Positions 48,201 to 60,300 of a DNA stretch of 64,000 nucleotides are shown here, piece after piece. Under the pieces are notes generated by a model. The model searched no databases. It saw nothing but the letters and a program-made list of their open reading frames with translations, and had not been told where the DNA came from. The translations under genes and the position numbers were made by a program. The stretch's first letter is position 1. The number at the start of each line of letters is the position of its first letter. The DNA comes from Azolla caroliniana (Eukaryota > Plantae > Polypodiophyta): contig JBHGNT010000017.1 in NCBI GenBank assembly GCA_043228905.1, forward strand, positions 10,788,001 through 10,852,000, given 5' to 3'.

Positions 48201-48772
48201 TTATTCGTTTTCTACATACGTCCTTCTTATTTGGTGAGGCACGCATATTTTTTGCCCAAAATGAATCCACTTTCTCAATAATCTCTTGAGATAAGGCGTC
48301 GTATCGTCATCTACATCCCAATCCTAGCCACTTGAATTGGCTTGAGTGTATATTTCAGCGATGTTCCCTCAAGTTTCTTCTTTGAATTCCCAGGGCTAAG
48401 GCAACTTTAGTATCAGTATATTTTTTTTCTCTCGCACTGTTCACAACCATGTGTAGGGCTCTTTGCAGCAAGTTTGTTTATGCTCTCTACACCTTTCACT
48501 AAGTCTAGGGATGACTTCATAGACTCTACAATCTCTTCTGAAACACATTGGTCCCTAAATTTTATTCTCCCCATGTCTTCATTCAAACGTTGATGGTGTA
48601 ACACTCTACATATAATATCCCTACGATCCTCTTCACTAAATCTCTTCGTTATTTCTACCAAATAACAGACTATGTGAAGAACCACTTGTCTCTTAGTCCT
48701 TTTAGATATACATGAGTTACTTGCCAACTCACTCTCGTTGGGGATCCCCATCTGGTCACTAGATTTATCCAA
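45237..48772 (-). pseudogene. Sola2-like DDD transposase with introns, decayed
   Basis: NTCCCVYH, HWYNDQCTI, YISDDKKHD, WVWSDGAASQFK, WNYFGSGHGKGEYDGVG and LSCFCSTC. Introns at about 48059-48150 and 46038-47118. Confidence 0.8.
46050..46750. repeat. Intronic tandem repeat, about 146 bp, 5 copies
   Basis: The (c)atgga(g/a)aaca anchor occurs at 46126, 46270, 46417, 46563 and 46709. Confidence 0.9.
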
Positions 48773-49780
48773 AAAAATTAAGTGTCTTGCGAGAGTAGTT
48801 AATGCTATATAGACTACACTAAGAAATCACAGTCAAATATTTTAAAATGTGGCCTGCAAAGTGAGAAATCATTCATTTCGGACATTAGAATTATGGCTAA
48901 AAAATGACAATTAATCATTTCTTTATTCACAGATTTCTGAAAATGAAAAAATAGATTTACAAATATGAGACTATAGAATTCTAAAAATGTCAAAATTAAG
49001 AATAGGGATGCTTACCAAATAAATCAATTATTGCTGAAGTCTCAAAACAAGTATTGAAATACTTTCAAATGAGTGGAAGAAGTGACGAAGATGAATCTTG
49101 TATTGTGCCTCCAATCGGTGGACAAACCCTCAAGTCAATGGAGGATGCCTCGTATTTCAGCGATAATATGCCTCAAATCGGTGGAAGGAATCTACAATGG
49201 TGGAGGGAGCCTTGAATCTGTGTGATATGCTACCTCGATTCAGTGGAAGGATCCTCGCCTCAGTGGAAAAAGCCTCAAATCACCATGAGATAAACTACAA
49301 TCGGTGGAAGAAGTAAGAAAATCATTCTCGAAGAAGTCACTATTGGCTGTTATAAGAGGCCTCAGAACATACTCTAATCCTCAACTCAAACCCTAAAACA
49401 TGTTTAGTATTGAAACACCCAAATATCTGAGATAGGCTCCCTAAACCCTAACAAACCTCTAAGATTGGAGGAATACCAGAAACCTGACATGGATGTGTGA
49501 GATGAAGAACTCAGAGGGATAGAGGAAGAGGAGTAAGAAGAGTTGGTTTGAGGGGAAGTGCCAAAAAATGACGTGAGGGGAAAATAGCCCCCAAAATGGA
49601 AAGAACATCTCCTCACGTGTCCCCCCCACTCCTTGTCTTAAATGTCACTTGTACTACACTCAACCCACTCCCCAAAATCGATTTCTTTTTCTTTGAATTT
49701 TTCCCTCAATTATTTAGTACTAACGGTATCGAAAGCACTGACATTTTTTGTGGCCAAGAACAATACTTTTCTGGTACACC

Positions 49781-50436
49781 ATAGCGTGCTTCCACTCGTA
49801 GGATTATCCATTGGGATTGAACTACGTGTTTGCCTTGGAGTTGGACCAGGGCTATATGTTTGCCTTGGGGATGATTGCGTCATTACTGATGCATAAGTTG
49901 GTGTGAATCTTGATCTTGTTATTTGTTGTTGTCGCTCACATCAACGCTCAAAAGGGCGATTATCACATCGTATTGCTCGACTAATAGCTTTTGTAAGTGA
50001 CCTTGGATCCTCGGGGAAGGTAAGAAGTAAGTCTTTGACATCACTACGAAGGCCTAAATGGAATTGTTCCATTAGGGCTTGTTCATCCCAAGGAATATCG
50101 CTTGTGATGAGACAGAAATTGGATGCATATGTCCAAGCTGGCTGATCACCTTGACGTAGTGTACGAATCTTGTTGATAGTTGGGAGGATGATTTTGGGCT
50201 CCTTGATAAGTCCTTGACCTTCGAACCTTTGTTGTTGTAACACTACGATTGTCGACTCTAACTGTTGAACACGTCGCGTGAACTCCTCTTGTTGTTGTTG
50301 CTTCTCTATAGTAACTTTTGTAGATCCCTAAGTAGAAGTTGATTCTCTACTTCAAGAGATGTGAACATAGATTTCAAATTCTCTATTTCTACAACGATAT
50401 TCTTCTGAGTTAATGGCGGCCATGGTTTCGTGATGG

Positions 50437-50467
<31 letters not shown>

Positions 50468-50891
50468 ATCAAACTGTCAGAACCAAGAATAAAAGATAGA
50501 GTGATGGAAGAAGGATATACAGGAAGAAAGGAACGAAATGCTAAGAGAAGAATGGGTGTATTAAGATAGAGAAAGAAAGAGAATGGATACAAGATATGTA
50601 ATGAGAGCTAAAGACTGGTGTTGATTCGAATTGATTTGAGAATACATGTATACCCTTTTTTATAGGTTCCTATAGAATAACTTAGAGATTTCTAGAATGT
50701 CCTAGACCTAGAATGTTCTAGGACATTCTAGAATGATGTAGAGTTTTTACAATAATCAATCTAATACAAAAAGTAGCTTTTATCCTCTCATATGACAATA
50801 AGCTATCTTAATGGTTGAGGTTTTCAATTATGGATTACAAGGTTCGAGGTTCAAGTCTAGGTGACGCCATAATGATCATGTGTTCATGACA
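49781..50891 (-). mobile_element. Tcn1-like 5' fragment: 5' LTR 50475-50891 and gag remnant
   Basis: Gag IRTLRQGDQPAWTYASNF..WDEQALMEQFHLGLRSDVKD. The LTR start is nearly identical to 8410-8468. Confidence 0.85.
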
Positions 50892-51039
50892 TTGTCTCAA
50901 TCTCGAGGATTAAAAGTACTCCTCCCTTTCTTTACGCTCTCATTTAACCCTCACACTTTATCCATATGTATAGTGTTGAGCAGACAAACTCAAACTGGAT
51001 CAGTGTCCGAATGCTATCCGCAACCAAGAGCCGGATCGG

Positions 51040-52766
51040 AGTGTAACCGGTTTGGCGCGAAAGTGTTAAGTGACAGGCAAAGAAGGTATGCCCAAGTGAA
51101 GAGGGAGCTATGGGGGATTGTCTCGGCAATCAAATTTGATCGTGATTACCTTATTGGAGCAGAAGTCATAATTGAGACAGATTGCCTACCAATTTTGGGT
51201 ATGATATCTGGTTGCAATACACCGGATATTGCCATGTTGCGTTGGATTGCATATATCAAATCACTCAACCCGGAGATCCGTCATGTAGCTGGGAAGCGTA
51301 ATGTCGTTGCAGACATGCTATCACGAGCGAGATACGACGGAGAAGAAGATCGACATTCTGATGAAGATGATGTTGGCCTGGATTTCTTTGCAAGTTCCTA
51401 TGCTCGGGTGTTGATTACTTTCATAGAAGAGGACTACGAAGGCGAATTCGTGGAGATCGGGAAATACTTGAGTTCTCTCCAAAAAGATGAATCATGGTCG
51501 ACGGAAGACTTCCATCGAATTCGGAAGAAAGCATACAAGTATTTCCTTAAGGATGGAGCTCTTTGGAAGCATGCAAAAAAGAAGAATGGGACTCCGATGA
51601 GAGTTGTCTGCAAGCTAGAAGACCAACAAAAACTAATGTCCGAATTTCATGATAGTGTTTTTGCAGGCCATCGAGGAATATGGGCTATGTTTGTGAATCT
51701 TAAGGAGAAATATTGGTGGCCGGGCATCTACAAAGATGTAGCAGCTTATGTGGAAACATGTAAGGAATGTCAAATGTTTTCGAATATTCGCCATCGAGAT
51801 GGACTTCATCCGACTTACCCGTTGGCTATGCATTACAAGTGGATGGTGGACATAGTGATGATGCCAATGGGACGATGGCAGATGAAGTATCTTGTGCTCG
51901 CGAGAGAGGATCTTACCAATCAAGTTGAAGGGCGAGCATTAAGAACTAAGGAGACATCATCGGTATGTCGATTCCTTCTTGAAGATGTTATTTGCAGATA
52001 TGGATGCGTCGGCAAGATAGTGGCTGATAGAGGCGAGTTGGACGCCAATGAAGCTAGAGAATTCTTCTCGAGGATGGGAATCAAATTATCTCTTACCATG
52101 GCGTATAATTCGGAAGCAAATGGGAAGGTGGAGCATGGACATGGACCGATTGTGAAGGCTCTAGTGAAAGCTTGCCATGGGAAAATAGGAGAATGGCCAC
52201 GTCTATTGCCATTTGCATTATGGGCTGACAGGACTACTCATAGCACGGTGACGGGATACATGCCGGCAGAGCTCATATTCGGACAAAAGCCAATAATGCC
52301 GGTAGAACAAAGTATTATTTCATGGTTTGCATTGCCATGGCAAGATGAGATAAGTAGAGAAGATCTTCTAGCATTGAGGATTCGACAATTAGAGCGGAAT
52401 TTGGAAGATGTAGAGGTGGCTAAAGCGCGGCTAAAGAATGCAAGGCTAAAGAACAAGAAAGACTTCGATAAACGACATCGACTTCGGCCGAGGAAAATCG
52501 TTGAAGGAGATTGGGTGCTAGTCTATGACAGTAGCCTAGATAACCAACATACTACGGCTCGAAAATTCTCACAACGATGGTTTGGGTCATATGTGGTGAA
52601 GAAAGTGGAAGATAATGCAACATATCATTTAGTAGAACTAGATGGTACACCACTTGCCTTGCCAATTGCCGGTAAAAGAATCAAGATCTTCAAGAGAAGA
52701 GATAGAATAGAAATTGGATTCGAAGCTTTTGACGATTCAGTCTTAAGCATCGATGAAAAAGTATAG
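51040..52766 (+). pseudogene. Ylt1-like Ty3/gypsy RNase H-integrase fragment (no chromodomain)
   Basis: RYAQVKRELWG, ETDC, VADMLSR, H..GHRG..C..C, WMVD, ADRGE, ANGKVE, ALWADR and WFGSY. It is 5'-truncated. Confidence 0.85.
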
Positions 52767-52833
52767 TAAACAAAAATGAATCCTCACTAAAATTGGCACA
52801 TACCGGTGGATGTGCAGGTTTGGTGGGGGTGCA

Positions 52834-54123
52834 TGTCGTGTGAATCTTCACACACTATGTAAAAAAATAATGAAATAATTATTATAGATTAGATTAGTAT
52901 CTTACTATAGAAAGATGGATATACTCAAGAGCTTCAAAACGTATTTTACTATATACAAAATGGAGAAATACATATCAAGTTATGTGAAAATGAAGTTTGA
53001 GAATATAGGAAAATTAGAACTATCCCACATAGATAGGAAACTTAAGGCCCTGGCTATATAGGCACCTTGAGCTCCCTCATTTTTCATTTGTGCTAAGAGC
53101 ACTTTGGCCACTTTGTCTTGATGGATGATGGTGGCCAAAATCCTTAAAACTGGAAATCGGCCAGTAAGCAAATCCGGAAAATGGGTCCGGTAAGCAAATC
53201 CGGAGAACGGGTCCGGTAAGCAAATCTGGAAACGGGCCGGTAAGCAAAACCGGAACCGGAACGGGTATGCAAACCGGAAACCGGCCGGCAAGCAAAACCG
53301 GAAACCGGCCGGTAAGCAAAACTGGAACCGGAATCGGCAAGCAAATCGGAACCGGAATCGGCAAGCAAACCGGAACCGGAACCGGCCGGCAAGCAAAACC
53401 GGAACCGAAACCGGCAAGCAAACCGGAACCGGTCGGCAAGCAAAATCGGAACCGGAACCGACCGGCAAGCAAAATGGAACCGGCTACCGGATGATGTTGG
53501 ACGCGGACGGACGAAAGATTGGATCATGCAACAAACTAAAGTAAAGTGAAGAGAACTAAAGTAAAGGCCATGTGGACGCAAGCAACTAAAGAAGGGAGTG
53601 CATGGAGAAAGTAAAGGTCATGTGGACAGTCACATGCAACCAAAAGAAAAAGCTAGGCAACTAAAAGTAGAGGCCATGCAACAAAAAGTGAAAAAGTTAT
53701 GATCAAGGGAGAACTCCATTTTTATTCCATTTTTTTTCCTACACTAGGATAGACTCTCCATATTATTATTATTATTTTTCTTCTCAACTCCCTTATCTTA
53801 GGGAAGCCATAACTCTCGAAAACCCTAAAATTCCCTACGGAAGCCATAATACTCATATAACCTAATCCTAATCTTCCCTACGGAAGCGATATCTCTCAAA
53901 ACCCCTAATTTTTTTCTTTTCTATTAATCTTAGTCAACCTAAAACTTCTAAATCCCAATCTTGGGACATATTGTAATTTCTTTTTCCTTTGTTAATGAAA
54001 ATTATTAAATTTCTTCTTTCTGTTAATTGTTAAAAATATAAACGCACACATGTGATTATCCTTCGGTCGGAGGCCCCGGGGTCCTGCCTCAAGTTCGCGT
54101 ATCCTCGTCGTATTTTCGCGACA
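52834..54123 (+). repeat. 3' LTR of the TGTCG..CGACA (Ylt1-like) element
   Basis: A G-rich tract precedes TGTCGTG at 52834. The LTR ends CGCGACA|ccgc. Confidence 0.8.
53150..53490. repeat. CCGG-rich minisatellite (aagcaaaaccggaaccgg) inside the LTR
   Basis: More than ten irregular copies are visible. Confidence 0.9.
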
Positions 54124-57100
54124 CCGCTCATGCACAAAGTGATAGTGGACTTCTATGTGCTTTGTCCGAGCATGGAACATGGGGTTCTTGGCAAGCTGAA
54201 TGTTGCCCATGTTGTCATAGTAGATCAGGATCGGGATAGGTACCTCAATCCGTAGGTCTTACAGTAGTCGCCAAAACCAGATGGCTTCACACGTGGCATT
54301 GGTTGCGCCTCGATATTCAGCCTCAGTGCTCGACAGAGCCACTGTTGGTTGCTTCTTGCTGCTCCACTCAACAGCCGCGCTTCCTAGAGAGAACATGTAA
54401 CCAGAGGTGGATCGGCGATCCGATGCATCACCGGCCCAGTCGGCATCTATATATCCAATTAGCTCTTCGGTTATACCATGCCGGTATAACAATCCCTGGT
54501 CCTTCGTGCCGCTCACATACCAGAGTATCCAGTGTGTGCACTGAAGGTGCTCGACGGTTGGTTTCTGCATGAACTGGATGATCACTCCGATCGGATAACT
54601 GATATCAGGTCGAGTGATTGTCAAGTATATCAGGCTTCCGACAATTTGTCGGAACCGTTTCTCATTACAGGCCGGTCTGGAGTTGGGACAGAGCTTCTAG
54701 TTCCGGTCCATGGGTGTGGAGACAGGCCGACATTCCAGCATGCCAAACTTGTACAACATATTCAACACATAGTGTCGTTGTGAGAGCAATATGCCGTCGT
54801 GGGTTTAGATGATATCGATCCCAAGAAAATAATGAAGGTCCCTCGGGTCGTTCATTTCAAATGCGTCCGACAGCTAGGACTTTACTCGGCCGATTTCATT
54901 GAGTCTGGGTCCGGTGATGACTAAATCATCAACATAAAGTAGGATGCAAACCAGACCATCCGGACCTTGCCAAATGAACAAGGAGGAGTCGGATTTAGAG
55001 GTCACAAACCCCATCTTATGCAACCGGTGCATGATCTTCGCATTGCAAGCTCGGGGCTTGTTTCAGACCGTAAAGCGACTTCTTAAGCCAGCATACCGCT
55101 GACTTTTTCATCTCTGACTGAAATCCGGGGGGTTGGATCATAAAGACCTCTTCTTGAAGGTCGCCTTGAAGAAACGCATTCTTCACGTCCATCTGGTGAA
55201 GATGCCACCCCCTTGTCGCAGCAACCGCCAATACCACACGAACCGTCGTCATCTTCGCTACCGGAGCAAAGGTCTCGTCGTAATCGATTCCGTGGGTCTG
55301 AGCATATCCCTTCGCCACTAACCGGGCCTTGTACCGATTAACCGAACTGTCGGCATTGTACTTTACCTTGTACACCCATTTGCAACCGATCGGTTTACAG
55401 TGTCGAGGAGGGTCAACGAGGTCCCATCCGTCGTTGGCATCGAGTGCCTGCATTTATTCTTCCATAGCGGCATGCCAATTTGCGTCCTTTTCCGTTTCTG
55501 CGTAGCTCTCTGGCTCACGCACTTCCGCCACTTTGGTCATGTACGCTTAGTGATGCGCCATGTACTCATTGTACCTGTACCGGATAATGGGGTTCTTCAG
55601 GCGGGAAGACCGGTGTAACTTGTCATCACCCTGTTTGGGGCCCTTCTTGGCTGGTTCGGACTTCGTTCCCGAAGATCTGCCTTAATCCTTTCTGGAGTCG
55701 GATTCGCTCTAATCCGAGTCAACGTTGCCGGTTTTGTATTCCGGCATCTTCTTCTTCCCCTTCTCTTTGCACGTGAACCATCTCCTCGGTTCCTTGCGCG
55801 GGAGAGCACGACAGAGTCTTCACTACTCACCGGTTCTTCATCCGACTGGTCATCTCAACTCAGCCGCTCATTCAGTCCACTGAGCCGGAATGAGATCAGA
55901 CTCTCTTCCAGAGTGCCGAAGTCTTCATCTTCTACCTGGACCTCCTCGGGCTCACTAGCCTCATCTTCCGGAATTGGGTCTTCGTCGGGAGTTGGAATTG
56001 GTAAGGAGTACCATGATGTCGTCTCATCAAAATCGACATCCTGGCTTACTTGGACCTGCTTAGTCCGGGGGTTATAGCACTTATACCCCTTCTGCTCATG
56101 CGAGTAGCCGACTAGGATGCATTTCTCTAACTTCGGATCTAGCTTCTTTCGCTTCTCATCCGGTACATGCACATATGCTATGCTACCGAATATCCGAAGG
56201 TGTCTCAAATTCGGCTTCCGCCCGAAATACAGCTCATGTGATGACACCTTGTCTCCGATCCGGTTTTGGATGTAGACGGCCGTCCGGACCGCCTCAGCCT
56301 AGTAGAATTGGGGCATGCTCTTCTCCTCTAGCATTGCCCTTGTCACGTCGACAATCAACCGGTTCTTCCTTTCAGCCACACCGTTTTGCTTCGGCGTGTA
56401 TCTGCAGCTGAATTCGCTCCAAATTCCGTTCTGCTGCAGATAACTATTGAATTGGCCGGCATTCGACCGCAAGCACTTGACCTTCCTCTCCGTTTCCCAT
56501 ACATCCGAATGTATTAGATCGAGCTTGTTACGACTCCGGTTTCGTTCAATGGGGAATGGAAGCCGATGTTGCTTCCTGAGTTGTCAGGCTTCACAAGTTT
56601 CGGCCTTCGGGCCCCTAAATTTCGGCAAACCGAAGACAACTTGTTTCGATTGCAGGTCCTAAAGCCTCCGGTACTTGACGTGGCCGATCCACTTGTGCCA
56701 CAGGTCGATGTCTGACAAGACCTTTTGCCTTTTGGCAAACATGGCAGTGCCAACGTCATTGGTGTTGAAGATGAACATCCTCCCTTCTTTGCACCCTTGC
56801 GCAATTATCCGACCTTCTTCCTCTATGAAGCACCCTAGGTACGTAAATTGCACCTGCATCCCCTGGTCGACGATTTGTCCAACTGACACCAGGTTCTTTG
56901 TGATAGTCCGAACGTGTAGTACGTTCATCAACTTCCCCTGATGGCTTAAAGGGACTTCTCTGACATGCACAATCGGGTGAGGGGTGTCGTCTCCAATTTC
57001 GACAATCCCCGGTTGTTCCAACTTCTCCAAAAAGGAGAACCACTCTTCATGGCTCGTCATGTGGTTGGACGCTCCGGAATCAACGTACCATACTTCCTCT

Positions 57101-57193
57101 GATTTGGAAGTAGTCTTCTTCATCCAGTTAGCCTTGTGCTTCATCACGAAGGCTAGCCAGCCCTTTACCGGTTTTCTCGGTTTCGGATCCTTC

Positions 57194-57275
57194 TGATCTA
57201 TTAAGAAAGGGAATGGCAAGAGTGGTTGTAATGCAGCGGAAGGTGAGCGTATGTGTGTGTGTGTATAACAACAGA

Positions 57276-57311
<36 letters not shown>

Positions 57312-60300
57312 TAGACAAAAGTATATATGATATTAACAAAACGAGATACATCCAACTATGACTAAATTACAATGAGTTGGTTTATATACCAACTAAGTTA
57401 GGGCAAGCACCCTTTCTACTATTTACACAACTAGCTTGGAGTGTCCATGAGCTAGTGTGAAAACTATCTATGGGAAGTTGAGTTCGATTCTCAACACGCC
57501 CCTTTGAACAGAACTTCCATTTGTCGGAAAGTCATTCTGTTTGTACTTCTACTTGTCTAGTCGGCTGTGTTGCGTATTGCATAGCCTATCCGTGTTGCGT
57601 CTGTGTATGTTTCGTCTGCATCTGCGTCTGCATACTCCCCCTCAAGCTCGGCAATGTGGACGTTGCGAGACCAAGATCCGATGCAAATTGCCCAAGCTTG
57701 TCGATGCCTAAGGCCTTCGTAAAGATATCAGCGACTTGTAGGTGTGTGTTGATGTGTTGGAGGTCAATTTCTCTGGCCTGGACGCGCTCGTGGATGAAGT
57801 GGTAGTGCACTTCGATATGTTTAGTCCGTGCGTGAAATACGGGGTTACGCGCGAGGTAGATATTGCTCATGTTGTCGCAGTACAGGCATATTGGATCTTT
57901 TAGTATACACCTAAGCCATACAGCTTCGCATGAGGCGACTACCGCGCCCCTGTATTCGGCTTCAGTGCTCGACAATGCGATTGTCGGTTGTTTCTTGCTG
58001 CTCGAGGAGATCACTCTGCTGCCGAGGGAGAAGACGAATCCGGATGTGGATTGTCTATCCTCTTTGTATCCTGCCCAGTCCGCGTCTGTGTACCCTTCAA
58101 GTCGACTGGTCGTATTCAACTTATACAAGATGCCGTGATCCATTGTCGCACTGACATACCATAGTATCCTCTTAGCACAATTGAGATGAAGGTTACGCAA
58201 ATTATGCAAGATTTGGCTAAGTAGGCCGACCAAATAACTTAGGTCGGGTCGCGTAATGGTGAGATAGATCAAGCTACCGATCAGTTGGCGATACTGAGTC
58301 GGTTCAGTCTCGACCATGCCAGAACTGGCATCAATCTTGATATTGCGATCAAGAGGGGTAGTTACAGATTTACACTCTGTCATGCCGAATTTGTACAGTA
58401 GGTTGAGGACGTAGTGCTGTTGTGAGATCATTATCCTGACTGGTGTCCGAATTACTTCAATACCTAGGAAGTAATGAAGTTCGTGCAGGTTTGTCATTTC
58501 GAATCTACCGGAAAGAAGTGATTTAACTTTGCTAATCTCGGCGAGATCCTTTTCTCCGATGACCAAATCATTCACGTACAAGATGATGATTATCGGGCTA
58601 TCCGACTCGTTTCGAATGTACAGGGAAGTGTTGGATTTTGACATTTGAAATCCGTCTTGATGAAGATTTTGTGTGATCTTCGAATGCCAAGCACGCAGTG
58701 CTTGTTTGAGGCCATAAAGTGGCTTCTTGAGTTGGCATACAACGTGTGGATGAGTACGCGATTCGAATCCGGGTGGGTATGTCATATACACCTCTTCTTC
58801 TAGCTCTCCTTGGAGGAAAGCGTTTTTCATGTCCATTTGATGGAGGTGCCACCCTTTTGCTACTGCTAGCGCGATTACGGTTCATATTGTTGTCATCTTT
58901 GCCACCGAGGCAAAGGTTTCTTCGTAGTCTACGTCGTGGGTCTGTGCGTAGCCTTTTGCAACGAGCCGTGCTTTGAAGCAATTTACAGAACTATCAGCAT
59001 TGTGCTTCACCTTGTAAATCCACCTGCAACCAATTGGTTTCTTGTTCAGGGGGAGAGGAACGAGATCCCATGTCTCATTTTTGCATAACGCTTCCATCTC
59101 CTCATTCATTGCGTTGACCCATCGTAGATCCTTTGCAGCTTCGGAAAGTGTTTCCGGTTCCCGTACTAACGCTACCTTCATCATGAATGCGTAATGATAT
59201 GCCATGTATTCGTCGTAGCTGTAGCGGTTTACGGGGTTCTTCTCGCGTGTGGATCAGCATGGCTTGTCATTTGTGGGTTCTAGGGGTTTCTTCACACCGT
59301 CCGTGTGGATGTCAAGGCCTTCGACCTCACTGTCGAGATCGAAATGATCTTCATACTCCTGCATTTTCGCCTTGCTTTTGTCTAGTAGTGGACTCGGCCG
59401 TGATGTGCTTTGATCACTTGGGGGCTCTTGTGGTCCGCTTAGCCATGTCGAGATTGGACTTTCTTCGTGCATAGGCGTGAGACGATCTTCGGCTTCTATT
59501 CTTATTTCGGTGTCATCCGCATGAAGCGGGGTTGGAGTCAAAGTATTCTCCGCTGCGTACCACGATGCGTATTCGTCAAAGACTACATCTCGACTTGTTC
59601 GAACCTTACAGGTAGATGGGTTGTAGCATTTGTACCCCTTCTGTTCGAGTGAGTATCCTACGAGGATACATTACTCCGACTTTGGGTCAAGCTTTTGCCG
59701 CGTATCGTCGGGAATATGTATGTAGGCAATAGAGCCGAAAATGCAGACATGCGATAAGTCTGGCTTCTTTCCAAAGAACTTCTCATGAGGAGTTATGTAG
59801 TGTACTCCTGAGGTTGTGTACCTATTCATGAGGTATACGGCCGTGTTCGCCGCTTCTGCCCAGTACGATTTCAGCAGGTTCATCTCATTCATCATGGCTC
59901 GTGCGACTTCTACTATGTGGCAGTTTTTACGCTGAGCTACGCTGTTTTGTTGAGGTGTATGTCAACACGAGAACTCTCATCAGACTCCGTCCTTGCGGAG
60001 ATACGCCGAGAACTCATCCGAAAAATATTCTTTGCCTCCATCTGAACAAAAGCAGCGTACATGCCGACCCGTGGGTTTTTCCACTTCGGCTTTGAACTTT
60101 TGGAAGTGGCCGAACACTTCACTCTTTTGCTTCATCGGATAAATTCAGGTATTTTTGGAGAAGTCGTCGATGAACGTGACATAGTAACGACATCCGCCGA
60201 AAGTAGTTGTTTGGGTTGGTCCCCACACGTCTAAATGTATGACATCCAGGATCCCTTTGCTTACATTCCGCTCTTTTGGGAATGGATGATGACGTTTCTT

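Noticed and set aside
50880-51040. N-terminus of the 628-aa ORF as real protein
   Set aside because: It starts inside an unrelated LTR and crosses a junction. Pol homology begins only at about 51040.
52980-53581. Repetitive ORFs (RFRF/GSGF)
   Set aside because: They are translations of the LTR minisatellite.
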